Positions 37,127 to 45,872 of a DNA stretch of 64,000 nucleotides are shown here, piece by piece. The position numbers and the translations under genes were made by a program. Below the pieces are notes generated by a model. The model had not been told where the DNA came from. It was given only the letters and a program-made list of their open reading frames with translations, and made no database searches. How positions within the stretch are numbered: the stretch's first letter is position 1; every line of letters begins with the position of its first letter. This stretch comes from an uncultured Candidatus Saccharibacteria bacterium (GTDB taxonomy: Bacteria > Patescibacteriota > Saccharimonadia > Saccharimonadales > JAGQNJ01): positions 35,009 through 99,008 of the forward strand of contig CAZPAW010000003.1 of NCBI GenBank assembly GCA_964584895.1. Reading direction: 5' to 3'.

Positions 37127-37920
37127 TATTTGATCCTCTTTTTATTTGATTCATGCAGATGATCCATCGTTAATTGTGTACGTTTTTTTGCGTACTCACA
37201 AAAATCACAATCTCCACCCATAGCTGCCTTTCCTACGGCCGGCATATCACCTTCTAAACATTTTTTCATATTAATTAATGTTTTGCCAACCCAGCTATCA
37301 TCGCCTTCATAAGGTATTACCTTAGTTCTAAACTCTACCCTATTATTGAACCCATCCATATCAAGCCTACCATTTGCATATACAAAATATCCAATATTAC
37401 TAACTTTAAAATTGTTTTGTCTCAGCAGCCATTGATATACTTCCATTTGCCTCTTGTATGCTATTTGCCAATCAGAATTAATGTCGACTTCTGACTGTTT
37501 TGCCGTTGCTTTATAATCAACTACTATCAACTCATCATTGTCGTTAACCCATATATCATCAACTGCACCAGTTACAAACAGATTTGACGCTTCGTCAAGG
37601 CATTGAATACCTACAAAATTTTCGCGCCATTTATTTAAATCCTTATGAGCAAACGGTACCGCCGAGACTTCGTATTCTATCATTATAGGATGGGGCTGTT
37701 TTTTACTACGAAACTCATCGAATTCTTTTTTTAACAGTTCATCGATTGCACTGTTTATTCTAAATGGAGGACCGTTAGGACGCCTGAGCTTTAACCTAGC
37801 ATCCAGCCAAAAACAGCGTGGACACTGCATGAACAACTCTATCTTACTACGACTTACTTTATACGCCTCTTTTTGACCAGGTTTATAGGTCTGGCCTCTA
37901 CCGGTATAGCTATTCGTCAT
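37126..37920 (-). CDS. PD-(D/E)XK nuclease family protein, Cas4/AddB-like, with a 4-Cys cluster
   Basis: VVDYKAT (D/ExK) and QMEVYQWLL (QxxxY). Cysteines lie at CPRCFW (N-terminal) and at KKC...GGDCDFCEY (C-terminal). TAATG overlap with serS. Confidence 0.7.
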   Translation of the reverse strand: MTNSYTGRGQTYKPGQKEAYKVSRSKIELFMQCPRCFWLDARLKLRRPNGPPFRINSAIDELLKKEFDEFRSKKQPHPIMIEYEVSAVPFAHKDLNKWRENFVGIQCLDEASNLFVTGAVDDIWVNDNDELIVVDYKATAKQSEVDINSDWQIAYKRQMEVYQWLLRQNNFKVSNIGYFVYANGRLDMDGFNNRVEFRTKVIPYEGDDSWVGKTLINMKKCLEGDMPAVGKAAMGGDCDFCEYAKKRTQLTMDHLHESNKKRIK

Positions 37921-37955
37921 CTGTAACTATTATAGCATCGTAGTCGATAGTTATT

Positions 37956-38575
37956 CTATGTATTTTGTACAAATTCAAGGATATCTGCTGGTTTTTTTGC
38001 TATGTAATCAGGCTGATTCGCACTAAGTATATCTTGACCATTAAAGCCCCAAGTGACTGATATAACTGGCAATCCTACTTTTTTGGATGCTTTAATATCA
38101 CGCACTTCGTCACCAATATAAATACATGAATTTTTATCAATCTTATATTTTTTGATAGTAGTTTTTATAGCGATAGTTTTACCAAACACTCCAACACCTC
38201 CAACTATGCTCTCAAAATACTGGTTCAAATCATTTTTTATTAAAATTGTATTTATATTCTCTACGCTATTGCTACTGACAATATATAGGCAGTAACCACT
38301 ATCGTAGAGTTTTTAATGACATCATCTAAACCATGAAAAACATTAATCTTGCTAATATTCTGTTTTATGTATGATCTGGCCAATACTACATATTTGGGAA
38401 TCCGATGATAAGGAACGTTAAGCTCAGAAATTAATTGCCTGACTGTCATGTTTTTGTATTTGTTGATTTTTTGATCAGTCAGCCCTAAATCACCAAGAAC
38501 ACTTTCGGCACATTCTATAGCAACTGGGAGCGTATCGGCAATAGTACCGTCAAAATCAAAAATCACACTCTTCAT
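37956..38575 (-). pseudogene. HAD-superfamily phosphatase (phosphoglycolate-phosphatase-like) disrupted by a 1-nt frameshift
   Basis: The N-terminal ORF has the DxDGT motif (IFDFDGTIADT). The C-terminal ORF has IYIGDEVRDIKASKKVGLPVISVTWG. Adding one A to the A5 run (T5 at 38310-38314 on +) restores ...VIKKLYDSGYCLYIVSSNSVENINTILIKNDLNQYFESIVGG... Confidence 0.7.
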
Positions 38576-38611
38576 AAATTTATTATACTCCTAAAGAAAT
38601 CTGAGCACTAA

Positions 38612-39427
38612 CTAGGGACGTAATGCACCAAAAAACACTTGCCATGCAAGCAACGATTTTGCGACAAGGCTCAAAAGCATATATACGCGTTCCCCGTACA
38701 AATAATCAGCCCATTTACCAACTTTTTTATATTGAAGATACATATTGATGGCAAAGCAATTGAAAAAGACAAACAAACTAACGTATATCCAATAGACGAA
38801 AGACGGAATTTGCCCACTACCATATATATTCGAGCCCCAGAAGTATATTCCGATCACTACCCAAGGTAATATACCTGCGATGCAACCGACAATAAAACTA
38901 ACCCAAGAAACCTGTTTGGACTTTTTGTTATGTATTTCCATGACAAGTCCACATAGATTCATTACTGCGGTCAGACCAAATATCATTACTAAACTCGATA
39001 AATCATATACTCCGCTTAGTAATGCTATAGAAATCATCATGATGCTGGCGCTCAAAGAGTATTCTATCCATCGAGCCTTATTAATATTATTTTGTAGGTT
39101 TTCCTCATACCAAGATCGTAGATAGGTAGCCAACAACCCATGAGCTACAGCAGATAAAAAGAAGAATAATGCAACTAGATAGGCTAAGTTTACGTTAGCC
39201 ACATTACTTATTGCTGGCACTAGATTTGGAGCACTATTGCCACTCGAACTTAACGTATCCAGAGTCAGATAGTTTGTATTAATAGGAAAAGTTGTATCTT
39301 TAGCCAACAAAACAACAGCAAACCCCTGTAAGGCATGTAGCACCGACATTACAACGTTCCATCTATGAAGCCTTTCGAATTCTTTTTTATTTGAATTAGA
39401 TTTAATCTTTTTTATTACTTTTTTCAT
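38612..39427 (-). CDS. Heliorhodopsin (7-TM retinal protein family)
   Basis: 271 aa, 7 predicted TM helices. The blocks RWIEYSLSASIMM, FIVGCIAGILPW, FNCFAINMYLQYKKVGKW and GERVYMLLSLVAKSLLAWQVF match my recollection of heliorhodopsin 48C12 (RWVEYSLSSS..., GCIAGIVPW, YLQYKGKGKW, GERAYIVLSLVAKSALAWQIF). These include the TM3 Glu counterion and the TM7 Schiff-base Lys. Confidence 0.8.
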   Translation of the reverse strand: MKKVIKKIKSNSNKKEFERLHRWNVVMSVLHALQGFAVVLLAKDTTFPINTNYLTLDTLSSSGNSAPNLVPAISNVANVNLAYLVALFFFLSAVAHGLLATYLRSWYEENLQNNINKARWIEYSLSASIMMISIALLSGVYDLSSLVMIFGLTAVMNLCGLVMEIHNKKSKQVSWVSFIVGCIAGILPWVVIGIYFWGSNIYGSGQIPSFVYWIYVSLFVFFNCFAINMYLQYKKVGKWADYLYGERVYMLLSLVAKSLLAWQVFFGALRP

Positions 39428-39659
39428 AAACCTACTTTATCATATAAAAAAATTAAAAAATATCTCGTAATTATCTGCTAGTAATGTTTTTCTCAAAGCC
39501 CTTTACATTTGTTATTGTCGAAACAACTACATCCTCAATTCTTATTCCTTGTTCGAATTTTCTCATACTACCGATAAGCTTTCAAAGCCTGCTAGTGAAC
39601 TAGAATTTTGCGGCATAACATTTCCGATCTCCCAGCCCCATATTTATACCCATAGTATA

Positions 39660-41168
39660 TTAAAGCTTAATGTCAGGGTAAATGCTTTTTGTCGTCTGAT
39701 CTATCTCAGAACGTAACTGAGGAAAAGGTACTCCTTCTCGAGCTGATACGCCCTCAAAAATCCAAAAAACTCGTTCTGCATAACCTAAGCCACAAGCTGG
39801 CGGCATACCGTATTCAAGCATTTCTATATAATCAATATCCAACATCTGTGCTTCATCGTCACCTTCGTCGCGCATCTTTTGTTGTTCAACAAACCTGTGA
39901 AGTTGATCGACAGGATCATTTAGCTCGCTCCATCCATTACTAAGTTCACTGCCAGCAATAACGGCTTGAAAACGCTGAACAAATCGCGGATCTTTATCAT
40001 CAGTTTTTGAAAGCGGCGAAATAAAAGTAGGTGTATCAATTAACCAAACAGGTCCTGCAATAGTTGCCCTAACTTTTTTCCATAATTTATCTATCCCACG
40101 TGCTTTATTTTCAGTTTTTTCTACCTTAATATTATGTTTTTTTAATTCTTTTTTTATCTCATCGATTGTGCAATCAAAAACATCTATATCGTAATGTTCT
40201 TTTATCACATCAGCATACTTCCATCGCTCCCATTTAGCCCCCATATCGACCTTCATCCCTCGTACTTCAAATTCTAAAGTTCCAAAAGTATCGTGTAGTA
40301 CTTTTTTGAACATCTCTTCCATGAGTTGCATCCCATCTTCCCAATCAGCGTAAGCCCAATACCATTCCATAGCAATATGTTCTGGTAAATGCTCTTCACT
40401 GTAATTCTCGTTACGAAAGCGTGGCCCAATATCAAACACTTTTTCATAACCGCCTCCGATTAATCTCTTAAGTGGTAATTCATGACTAATCCTAAGATAG
40501 TAATCCTGATCTAAGGCATTCATATGCGTAATAAATGGCGTTGCATCAGCTCCGCCAGTAGTGTGCTCCAAAACTGGCACATTGATTTCAATAAAGCCTT
40601 TTTCTAACAGAAATTGTCTCGTTGATTGCCAGAACTTGCTACGCCGAATAAATCTTTGATATACATCACTATTAACGTTTGTGTCGATATACCGACGCCT
40701 TAACCTTTCTTCTTTATTGGTAAACCCGTCTTCTTTGGTTGGCATAGGACGAATAGATTTCGATAGCAGTCTCAATTTTTCTACAGCAATCGATATTTCG
40801 CCTGTTTTTGTTTTAATCACCTTCCCGCTACCCTCTACAAAATCTCCTGGATCGAGTAATTTAATATCAGAAAAATTTAATTCGCTATTAGCATAATCTA
40901 CTTTTTTTGCGGATTCTGCTTTATTAAATAACTGTATCTCTCCTGAAGAGTCTTTTATGACAACGAATGCCAATTTTCCAATATCTCTTATACGAGTAAT
41001 CCGACCAACGACTGATACTGTCTTGTTCTCAAGTACAGAAAATTTATCGACTATTTCAGAGTTAGTATGTGATCTTGTAGATTTTGCTGGGTATGGATTG
41101 ACGCCCAGTTTTTTCAAATCTTCAATTTTGCGTAACCTCTCGGCCCTAAGTTCATTCAAGTTTGCCAT
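39660..41168 (-). CDS. lysS: Lysine--tRNA ligase (class II)
   Basis: N-terminal OB anticodon-binding domain and class II motifs (FRNENYSEEHLPEHIAMEWY, GLGYAERV). Confidence 0.95.
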   Translation of the reverse strand: MANLNELRAERLRKIEDLKKLGVNPYPAKSTRSHTNSEIVDKFSVLENKTVSVVGRITRIRDIGKLAFVVIKDSSGEIQLFNKAESAKKVDYANSELNFSDIKLLDPGDFVEGSGKVIKTKTGEISIAVEKLRLLSKSIRPMPTKEDGFTNKEERLRRRYIDTNVNSDVYQRFIRRSKFWQSTRQFLLEKGFIEINVPVLEHTTGGADATPFITHMNALDQDYYLRISHELPLKRLIGGGYEKVFDIGPRFRNENYSEEHLPEHIAMEWYWAYADWEDGMQLMEEMFKKVLHDTFGTLEFEVRGMKVDMGAKWERWKYADVIKEHYDIDVFDCTIDEIKKELKKHNIKVEKTENKARGIDKLWKKVRATIAGPVWLIDTPTFISPLSKTDDKDPRFVQRFQAVIAGSELSNGWSELNDPVDQLHRFVEQQKMRDEGDDEAQMLDIDYIEMLEYGMPPACGLGYAERVFWIFEGVSAREGVPFPQLRSEIDQTTKSIYPDIKL

Positions 41169-41222
41169 ACCCTAAATTGTACGATGGCTGTCGTATCTTA
41201 ACAACTTTTATAAAATAATTAT

Positions 41223-41684
41223 TTAAGATATGGCAATAATTTTGTAATTTGCAGTTTCGGTCGGCGTAACAATATCAACCTTATCACCAACCTTTTTTCC
41301 TATTAGCGTTTTACCTATAGGTGATTCATCGGAAATCTTACCATTGATTGGATCTGCTTCTACCGTACCTACAACCAAAAATTGTTTTTTCTGATTCGAC
41401 GAATTCTTCAATTCTACATTCGAACCTAATTTAACAATCCCATCTGTCTTAGGCTTTTTTATAATTTCTACACTTCTAAGTATGTTTTCTATTTCAGAAA
41501 TTCGACTTTCCGCTTTACCCTGTTCTTCGCGAGCTGCGGTGTATTCCGCATTCTCGGCTAAATCTCCAAACTCTCTGGCTGATTTAATCCTTTGGGCAAC
41601 TTCTCCACGTTCAGAAATTAATTGTGCTAATTCACTTTTTAACTCTGCAACACCTTCTTTCGTCAAATGAAACTGTTTTTTCAT
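41223..41684 (-). CDS. greA: Transcription elongation factor GreA
   Basis: Coiled-coil N-terminus with AREFGDLAENAEYTAAREEQ, and a C-terminal FKBP-like domain. Confidence 0.9.
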   Translation of the reverse strand: MKKQFHLTKEGVAELKSELAQLISERGEVAQRIKSAREFGDLAENAEYTAAREEQGKAESRISEIENILRSVEIIKKPKTDGIVKLGSNVELKNSSNQKKQFLVVGTVEADPINGKISDESPIGKTLIGKKVGDKVDIVTPTETANYKIIAIS

Positions 41685-41747
41685 CTCTTATCCTCTTCAG
41701 CTGAATTAAGTTATTAAAGCCTTTTAAGTCGCTGTATTATAGCAACC

Positions 41748-43451
41748 CTAGCTTTGTCTGGCTAGTTTTTTAAGCAATTCTTCTTTTGATAGCATCTCAG
41801 TATCTTTTGCTGTCCTTTTTTTATACTCAAATTTGTTGGCTTCAACAGTTTTAGCGCTAACAACCACACGATGTGGTATACCAATCAGATCCGCATCGGC
41901 AAATTTCTCGCCAGGCCGCACATCACGATCATCGTACAACACCTCCACGCCCGTTTCTTGAAGCTCTCTGTATAGTCTTTGAGCTGCCTCAGATATTCTT
42001 GTATCGCTTCCAAGTTGAGCTACATATACTTGAAATGGTGCAACATTTTCTGGCCAAATAATACCGCGTTCATCGCTATAAATCTCAGCGATTGCCGCCA
42101 TAGTTCGACCTATGCCGATACCATAACATCCCATGTAATATTTTTGTCGTTTTCCAGCCTCATCTGTATACTCAGCACCTTTCATTAGATTCGTGTAGTG
42201 ATAACCTAATTGGAATATATTCCCTACTTCTATTCCCCGTCTTTCAATCAGTTTTTGTCCCGATGGAGCAATATATCCGGCTTTCGCCAACTTAATATCA
42301 TAGAATTTCTTTGGCTCTACCAAATCTCTTCCAAAATTTACGTTTATCGAGTGATAATCTGTCCGATTTGCACCCATTTCAAAGTTTCGTCTACCTCTCA
42401 TAGACTCATCCATAACCACAATTACTTCTTTCGGAAGATTTAGTAAGCCCGCATAACCAACTTCTGCGCCAGTAACACGTTTAACCGTTTCAGCCGATGC
42501 TAACGATAATGGTGAACCTTTAACTATCGCCTGCAATTTTGTCTCATTAATGTCAAAATCTCCCCGCACCGCTGCAGCGATAACTCTTCCCTGTTCGTCT
42601 TCAAAAATAATTGTTTTAGTTGTGAGCTCAGCAGGAATTTTTAAAAACTTAGCTAGCTCGTCGACGCCAATAATGCCCTTGCCTTCAACTTCTTCCATTG
42701 GCTTCTCAGATTCATCTTCATTTTCATAACGTTCGTACAAAAATGTTGCTACATCTTCGTGAGCGGCGTAACTTCCATCTTCTGTTGTAAAGTACGTACT
42801 TTCTCCAACCTTAGTCTCAGCCACAAATTCATGGCAGTATTCACCGCCAATATAACCGTTGTCTGCCGCCACGACATCTGTTTTTAGACCTAGTTCTTCG
42901 AAGATCACCGTATATACATCCCACATCTGCTGATAAATATCTTTAAACTGCGCTTCGGTGCTAAAACTATATGCATCTTTCATGATGAACTCTCGAACGC
43001 GCAGAAGTCCTCCCCGAGCGCGCATTTCATCGCGGAATTTCATCGAAAATTGGTACAAATTAAATGGAAGATCTTTGTAGCTGATATTAAACTTGCGTAC
43101 CAAATCAACGACCATTTCCTCAGCTGTACCCCCCAGGACAAAGTCGGCATCTCGTCGATCTTTAATGCCCATCAGTTCAAAACCAGCAGAGGTTGTGCGG
43201 TTCGTTTCTTTCCAGAGTTCAAGTGGATGTAGCACTGGCGTTACAATTTCCTGAGCGTTTGCTTGATTCATGTGTTTGCGCACAATATCAATAATCCGAT
43301 CATGTACCTTTAGGCCCAAAGGTAATAGGTAATATCGCCCAGCAGTTGATTCTCGAATAAAGCCAGCCTGCGTCAGCAAGCGATGTGAATCAATCTTATA
43401 ATCTAAACCTTCAGTTTTGGATGTCTTTCCAAATAATTGTGAGTATTTCAT
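41748..43451 (-). CDS. proS: Proline--tRNA ligase (bacterial type with INS editing domain)
   Basis: 567 aa, FRDEMRARGGLLRVREF (motif 2) and CYGIGIGR (motif 3). Confidence 0.95.
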   Translation of the reverse strand: MKYSQLFGKTSKTEGLDYKIDSHRLLTQAGFIRESTAGRYYLLPLGLKVHDRIIDIVRKHMNQANAQEIVTPVLHPLELWKETNRTTSAGFELMGIKDRRDADFVLGGTAEEMVVDLVRKFNISYKDLPFNLYQFSMKFRDEMRARGGLLRVREFIMKDAYSFSTEAQFKDIYQQMWDVYTVIFEELGLKTDVVAADNGYIGGEYCHEFVAETKVGESTYFTTEDGSYAAHEDVATFLYERYENEDESEKPMEEVEGKGIIGVDELAKFLKIPAELTTKTIIFEDEQGRVIAAAVRGDFDINETKLQAIVKGSPLSLASAETVKRVTGAEVGYAGLLNLPKEVIVVMDESMRGRRNFEMGANRTDYHSINVNFGRDLVEPKKFYDIKLAKAGYIAPSGQKLIERRGIEVGNIFQLGYHYTNLMKGAEYTDEAGKRQKYYMGCYGIGIGRTMAAIAEIYSDERGIIWPENVAPFQVYVAQLGSDTRISEAAQRLYRELQETGVEVLYDDRDVRPGEKFADADLIGIPHRVVVSAKTVEANKFEYKKRTAKDTEMLSKEELLKKLARQS

Positions 43452-43810
43452 TCTGTTGTCCTCTCGTTCATTCGTCTTATTGTACTATCTTTTAGTTCTA
43501 CATATCGATTTTTTTGAGGTGATTGCAATAATCCTCTAAGCGTCGAACGTCCAACGCATTTTATACTTTGAGCCCGAGCTTCATTCTCGGCTTTTCTGAT
43601 ATGATAGACATTCCCGCTACCATAGGCTTCGGCTACCCGTAATCTTAGCCCTGCCGACTGACTCTGATTAATACTTCTTAGCTCTTCTTGAGCTTGATAG
43701 GCGTCAAACTCTCTTAACCCAGCAACGAGTTCAGCTTGTTCGACAACATCTATAACAAAGGCCTGATCAACAGCTAAGCCCAGACTTTGTCCTAATATTT
43801 CTACGTTCAT
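43448..43810 (-). CDS. Hypothetical protein (120 aa) translationally coupled to proS
   Basis: AGGAGA SD 6 nt before ATG 43810, and the stop overlaps the proS start (ATGA). No recognisable domain. Confidence 0.4.
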   Translation of the reverse strand: MNVEILGQSLGLAVDQAFVIDVVEQAELVAGLREFDAYQAQEELRSINQSQSAGLRLRVAEAYGSGNVYHIRKAENEARAQSIKCVGRSTLRGLLQSPQKNRYVELKDSTIRRMNERTTE

Positions 43811-43825
43811 TCTATTCTCCTATTA

Positions 43826-43856
43826 ATTAAAAATCCGCTCTAATTTTATTGAGCGG
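43826..43856 (-). terminator. Candidate intrinsic terminator after the CPBP protease gene
   Basis: The minus strand reads CCGCUC-AAUAAAAUUA-GAGCGG followed by AUUUUUAAUU. A second small hairpin, CACCC-CGUGC-GGGUG, lies upstream at ~43900-43915. Confidence 0.45.
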
Positions 43857-43970
43857 AGGGTGTTTATTTAAGCTATTCTTCTAAGAATCAATCATTAACA
43901 CCCGCACGGGGTGGTGTCGGCACAATTAATAATTCACAGAAGTATTTAGTCATATTGGATATATTTTATA

Positions 43971-44753
43971 CTATCTGGCATGAAGAACAAATAAGAGCAC
44001 GAACGCGATACCATTTTTCAACATGTGAAGCATAATTGGAGCACCTAATCCACCAGTTTTTTCTCGTAAATAAATTAAGGCTAGAGATAGAATGAATGTA
44101 TCGATTGCCGCAACCCAAAGTAGTTCATTCCCGCTCCCAAATTGAAGATGAGCTAAAGCAAATAACAAACTTGTCACGATTACCGCCCCCCATTTAGGCA
44201 ACCCGTTCTTCAAACCGGTATATAAGAATCCTCTCGCAAGCACCTCCTCGACAAAAGGCACCGCTAAAACCAGACTAAAAAATATGAGAAACAAGGAAAA
44301 TCCTTGCTCATAGGTCTCGAACCCTATCTGTTGCTCTTGGTTAAAATCGATACTTGGAAAAATAATTTTTACTAAAGCCGAAATAGCAATAAAAGAAAGA
44401 AAGTACACTCCGAGACCAAGCACCGCGTAAATTAAATCAACTACTCGAGGCGCTTTTAGCCCAATATATCGAAATGTCTTCTTCTTTATTTTAAGCAACC
44501 AATGAACCGCCAACATAATGATAACTTCTATAAGAAATATCAAAGCAAACTTTACACCTACAGAATCAAGCCAATTATCAGTTCTTAATTTATCCCAGCC
44601 CAAAATTGATGGAATAGACAAAATAACCAATCCTCCAATTACTTGAGATATCAAAAATACTGCGAAAGTTAATATAACTGTTGCAACAGGCGACCAAAAA
44701 CCTTTTTTTGCCTCTGGAGATGAATTTTTTGTCACATTACGAGATTCATCCAT
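43971..44753 (-). CDS. CPBP family intramembrane glutamic endopeptidase (CAAX protease/Abi)
   Basis: Multi-TM protein with the motifs PFVEEVLARGFLY and FALAHL. Confidence 0.8.
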   Translation of the reverse strand: MDESRNVTKNSSPEAKKGFWSPVATVILTFAVFLISQVIGGLVILSIPSILGWDKLRTDNWLDSVGVKFALIFLIEVIIMLAVHWLLKIKKKTFRYIGLKAPRVVDLIYAVLGLGVYFLSFIAISALVKIIFPSIDFNQEQQIGFETYEQGFSLFLIFFSLVLAVPFVEEVLARGFLYTGLKNGLPKWGAVIVTSLLFALAHLQFGSGNELLWVAAIDTFILSLALIYLREKTGGLGAPIMLHMLKNGIAFVLLFVLHAR

Positions 44754-45872
44754 CTAGAAAAATCTCCGAATATCTATAAAGGTTATGAGCACAAAAAGCA
44801 GCATCAAAACAGCAAAGCCTACACCGTGAATCAAATCTTCTTTTTCTTTTGTTAATGGCTTTTTTAATGCCCGATATGCAAGCGTTACAAATAGCCTACC
44901 TCCATCGAGTGCAGGAATAGGTAAAATATTCATTATTGCTAGAGTTAAAGAGATTAGCCCTATTATCATTAGTATAAAGCGAATCCCTAAAAGGCTACCG
45001 TCTTTGAGGATCACAAATATTCCAACTGGACCTGCGACTTGTTTAGCCGCTTCAGATCCCTGACCACTAAACACATCTACAATAGCCGACCACAGTCCTT
45101 GTAATGTAAGCCAAGTAAACTGACCGGCTGAGCCAACCGCAACAATTGGAGCAGACCACGTAGACCGCCGAAGCTCAAAAACTGTAGGCGTAATTCCTAG
45201 ATAACCCTTAGGATTGTCTGTTGACTGTGAATCCTCAACTTCTTGACTTGTCCTCAATTTCGTCTGGCTAATCTCCTGCTTCCCGTCCCTTTCATAACTA
45301 ATATATACATTCTTACCTTCGAGTTTTTTAGTTGTTTCAGGCAAATTTTCCACATCCTTAATAGCAACCAGACTACTGGCTGATGTACCTATCCCATTAA
45401 TTACGTCTTGGATTTTTAAACCGGCTTGTTCCGCAGGCGAACCTTGTTCTACCGATGCAACTAATATCTTTTTGCTCGATATAGTCGTATCAGACGAAAC
45501 ACTAAACTGATTATCGAACAATTTAGGCATTCCTATAAGAGCAAGTAAAAAGAAAATAATGATCGCTGTGATTAAGTTCATCGCAACGCCAGCAGTCATA
45601 ATTTTAACTTTGTTCTTAAGAGATGTAGCGCCGTAACTCCCCTTGCTGTTAGCTGAATCGTTCTCTCCTTTTAACCTAACAAACCCACCTAGAGGTAGTA
45701 GATTAAAACTTAGCAGCATTTTACTCTTTAGCCTCTTACCCCATACTTTCGGAGGAAATCCTATACCAAACTCTTCAACAACAACTCCACTTTTTTTTGC
45801 CGCCCAGTAATGACCAAATTCATGAACAATTACAAGACAAACAAACAAGAATAATCCAACTGCAAACAACAT
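44754..45872 (-). CDS. rseP: RIP metalloprotease RseP (site-2 protease, M50)
   Basis: HExxH (VIVHEFGHYWAAK), a PDZ domain and the LPIPALDGG motif. Confidence 0.85.
   Translation of the reverse strand: MLFAVGLFLFVCLVIVHEFGHYWAAKKSGVVVEEFGIGFPPKVWGKRLKSKMLLSFNLLPLGGFVRLKGENDSANSKGSYGATSLKNKVKIMTAGVAMNLITAIIIFFLLALIGMPKLFDNQFSVSSDTTISSKKILVASVEQGSPAEQAGLKIQDVINGIGTSASSLVAIKDVENLPETTKKLEGKNVYISYERDGKQEISQTKLRTSQEVEDSQSTDNPKGYLGITPTVFELRRSTWSAPIVAVGSAGQFTWLTLQGLWSAIVDVFSGQGSEAAKQVAGPVGIFVILKDGSLLGIRFILMIIGLISLTLAIMNILPIPALDGGRLFVTLAYRALKKPLTKEKEDLIHGVGFAVLMLLFVLITFIDIRRFF

Noticed and set aside
39471-39566. 31-aa minus-strand small ORF (MRKFEQGIRIEDVVVSTITNVKGFEKNITSR) in the heliorhodopsin upstream region
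   Set aside because: It has no convincing SD, is very short and has no recognisable features. It cannot be distinguished from chance.
43773-43795. Minus-strand AGGACAAAGUCUGGGCUUAG, which resembles the RNase P RNA P4 motif GAGGAAAGUCCGGGCU
   Set aside because: No complementary 3' P4 strand (an ACAGAA...GGCUUA-type element able to pair with it) was found in the following 350 nt. The region also has a clean ORF with an SD and ATGA coupling to proS.
43452-43970. T-box or other leaders upstream of proS, and likewise upstream of serS, lysS and glyQS
   Set aside because: No UGGNACC bulged helix or specifier-type structure was found. serS and proS starts overlap upstream ORFs, the lysS spacer is only 54 bp, and the glyQS spacer is 111 bp.
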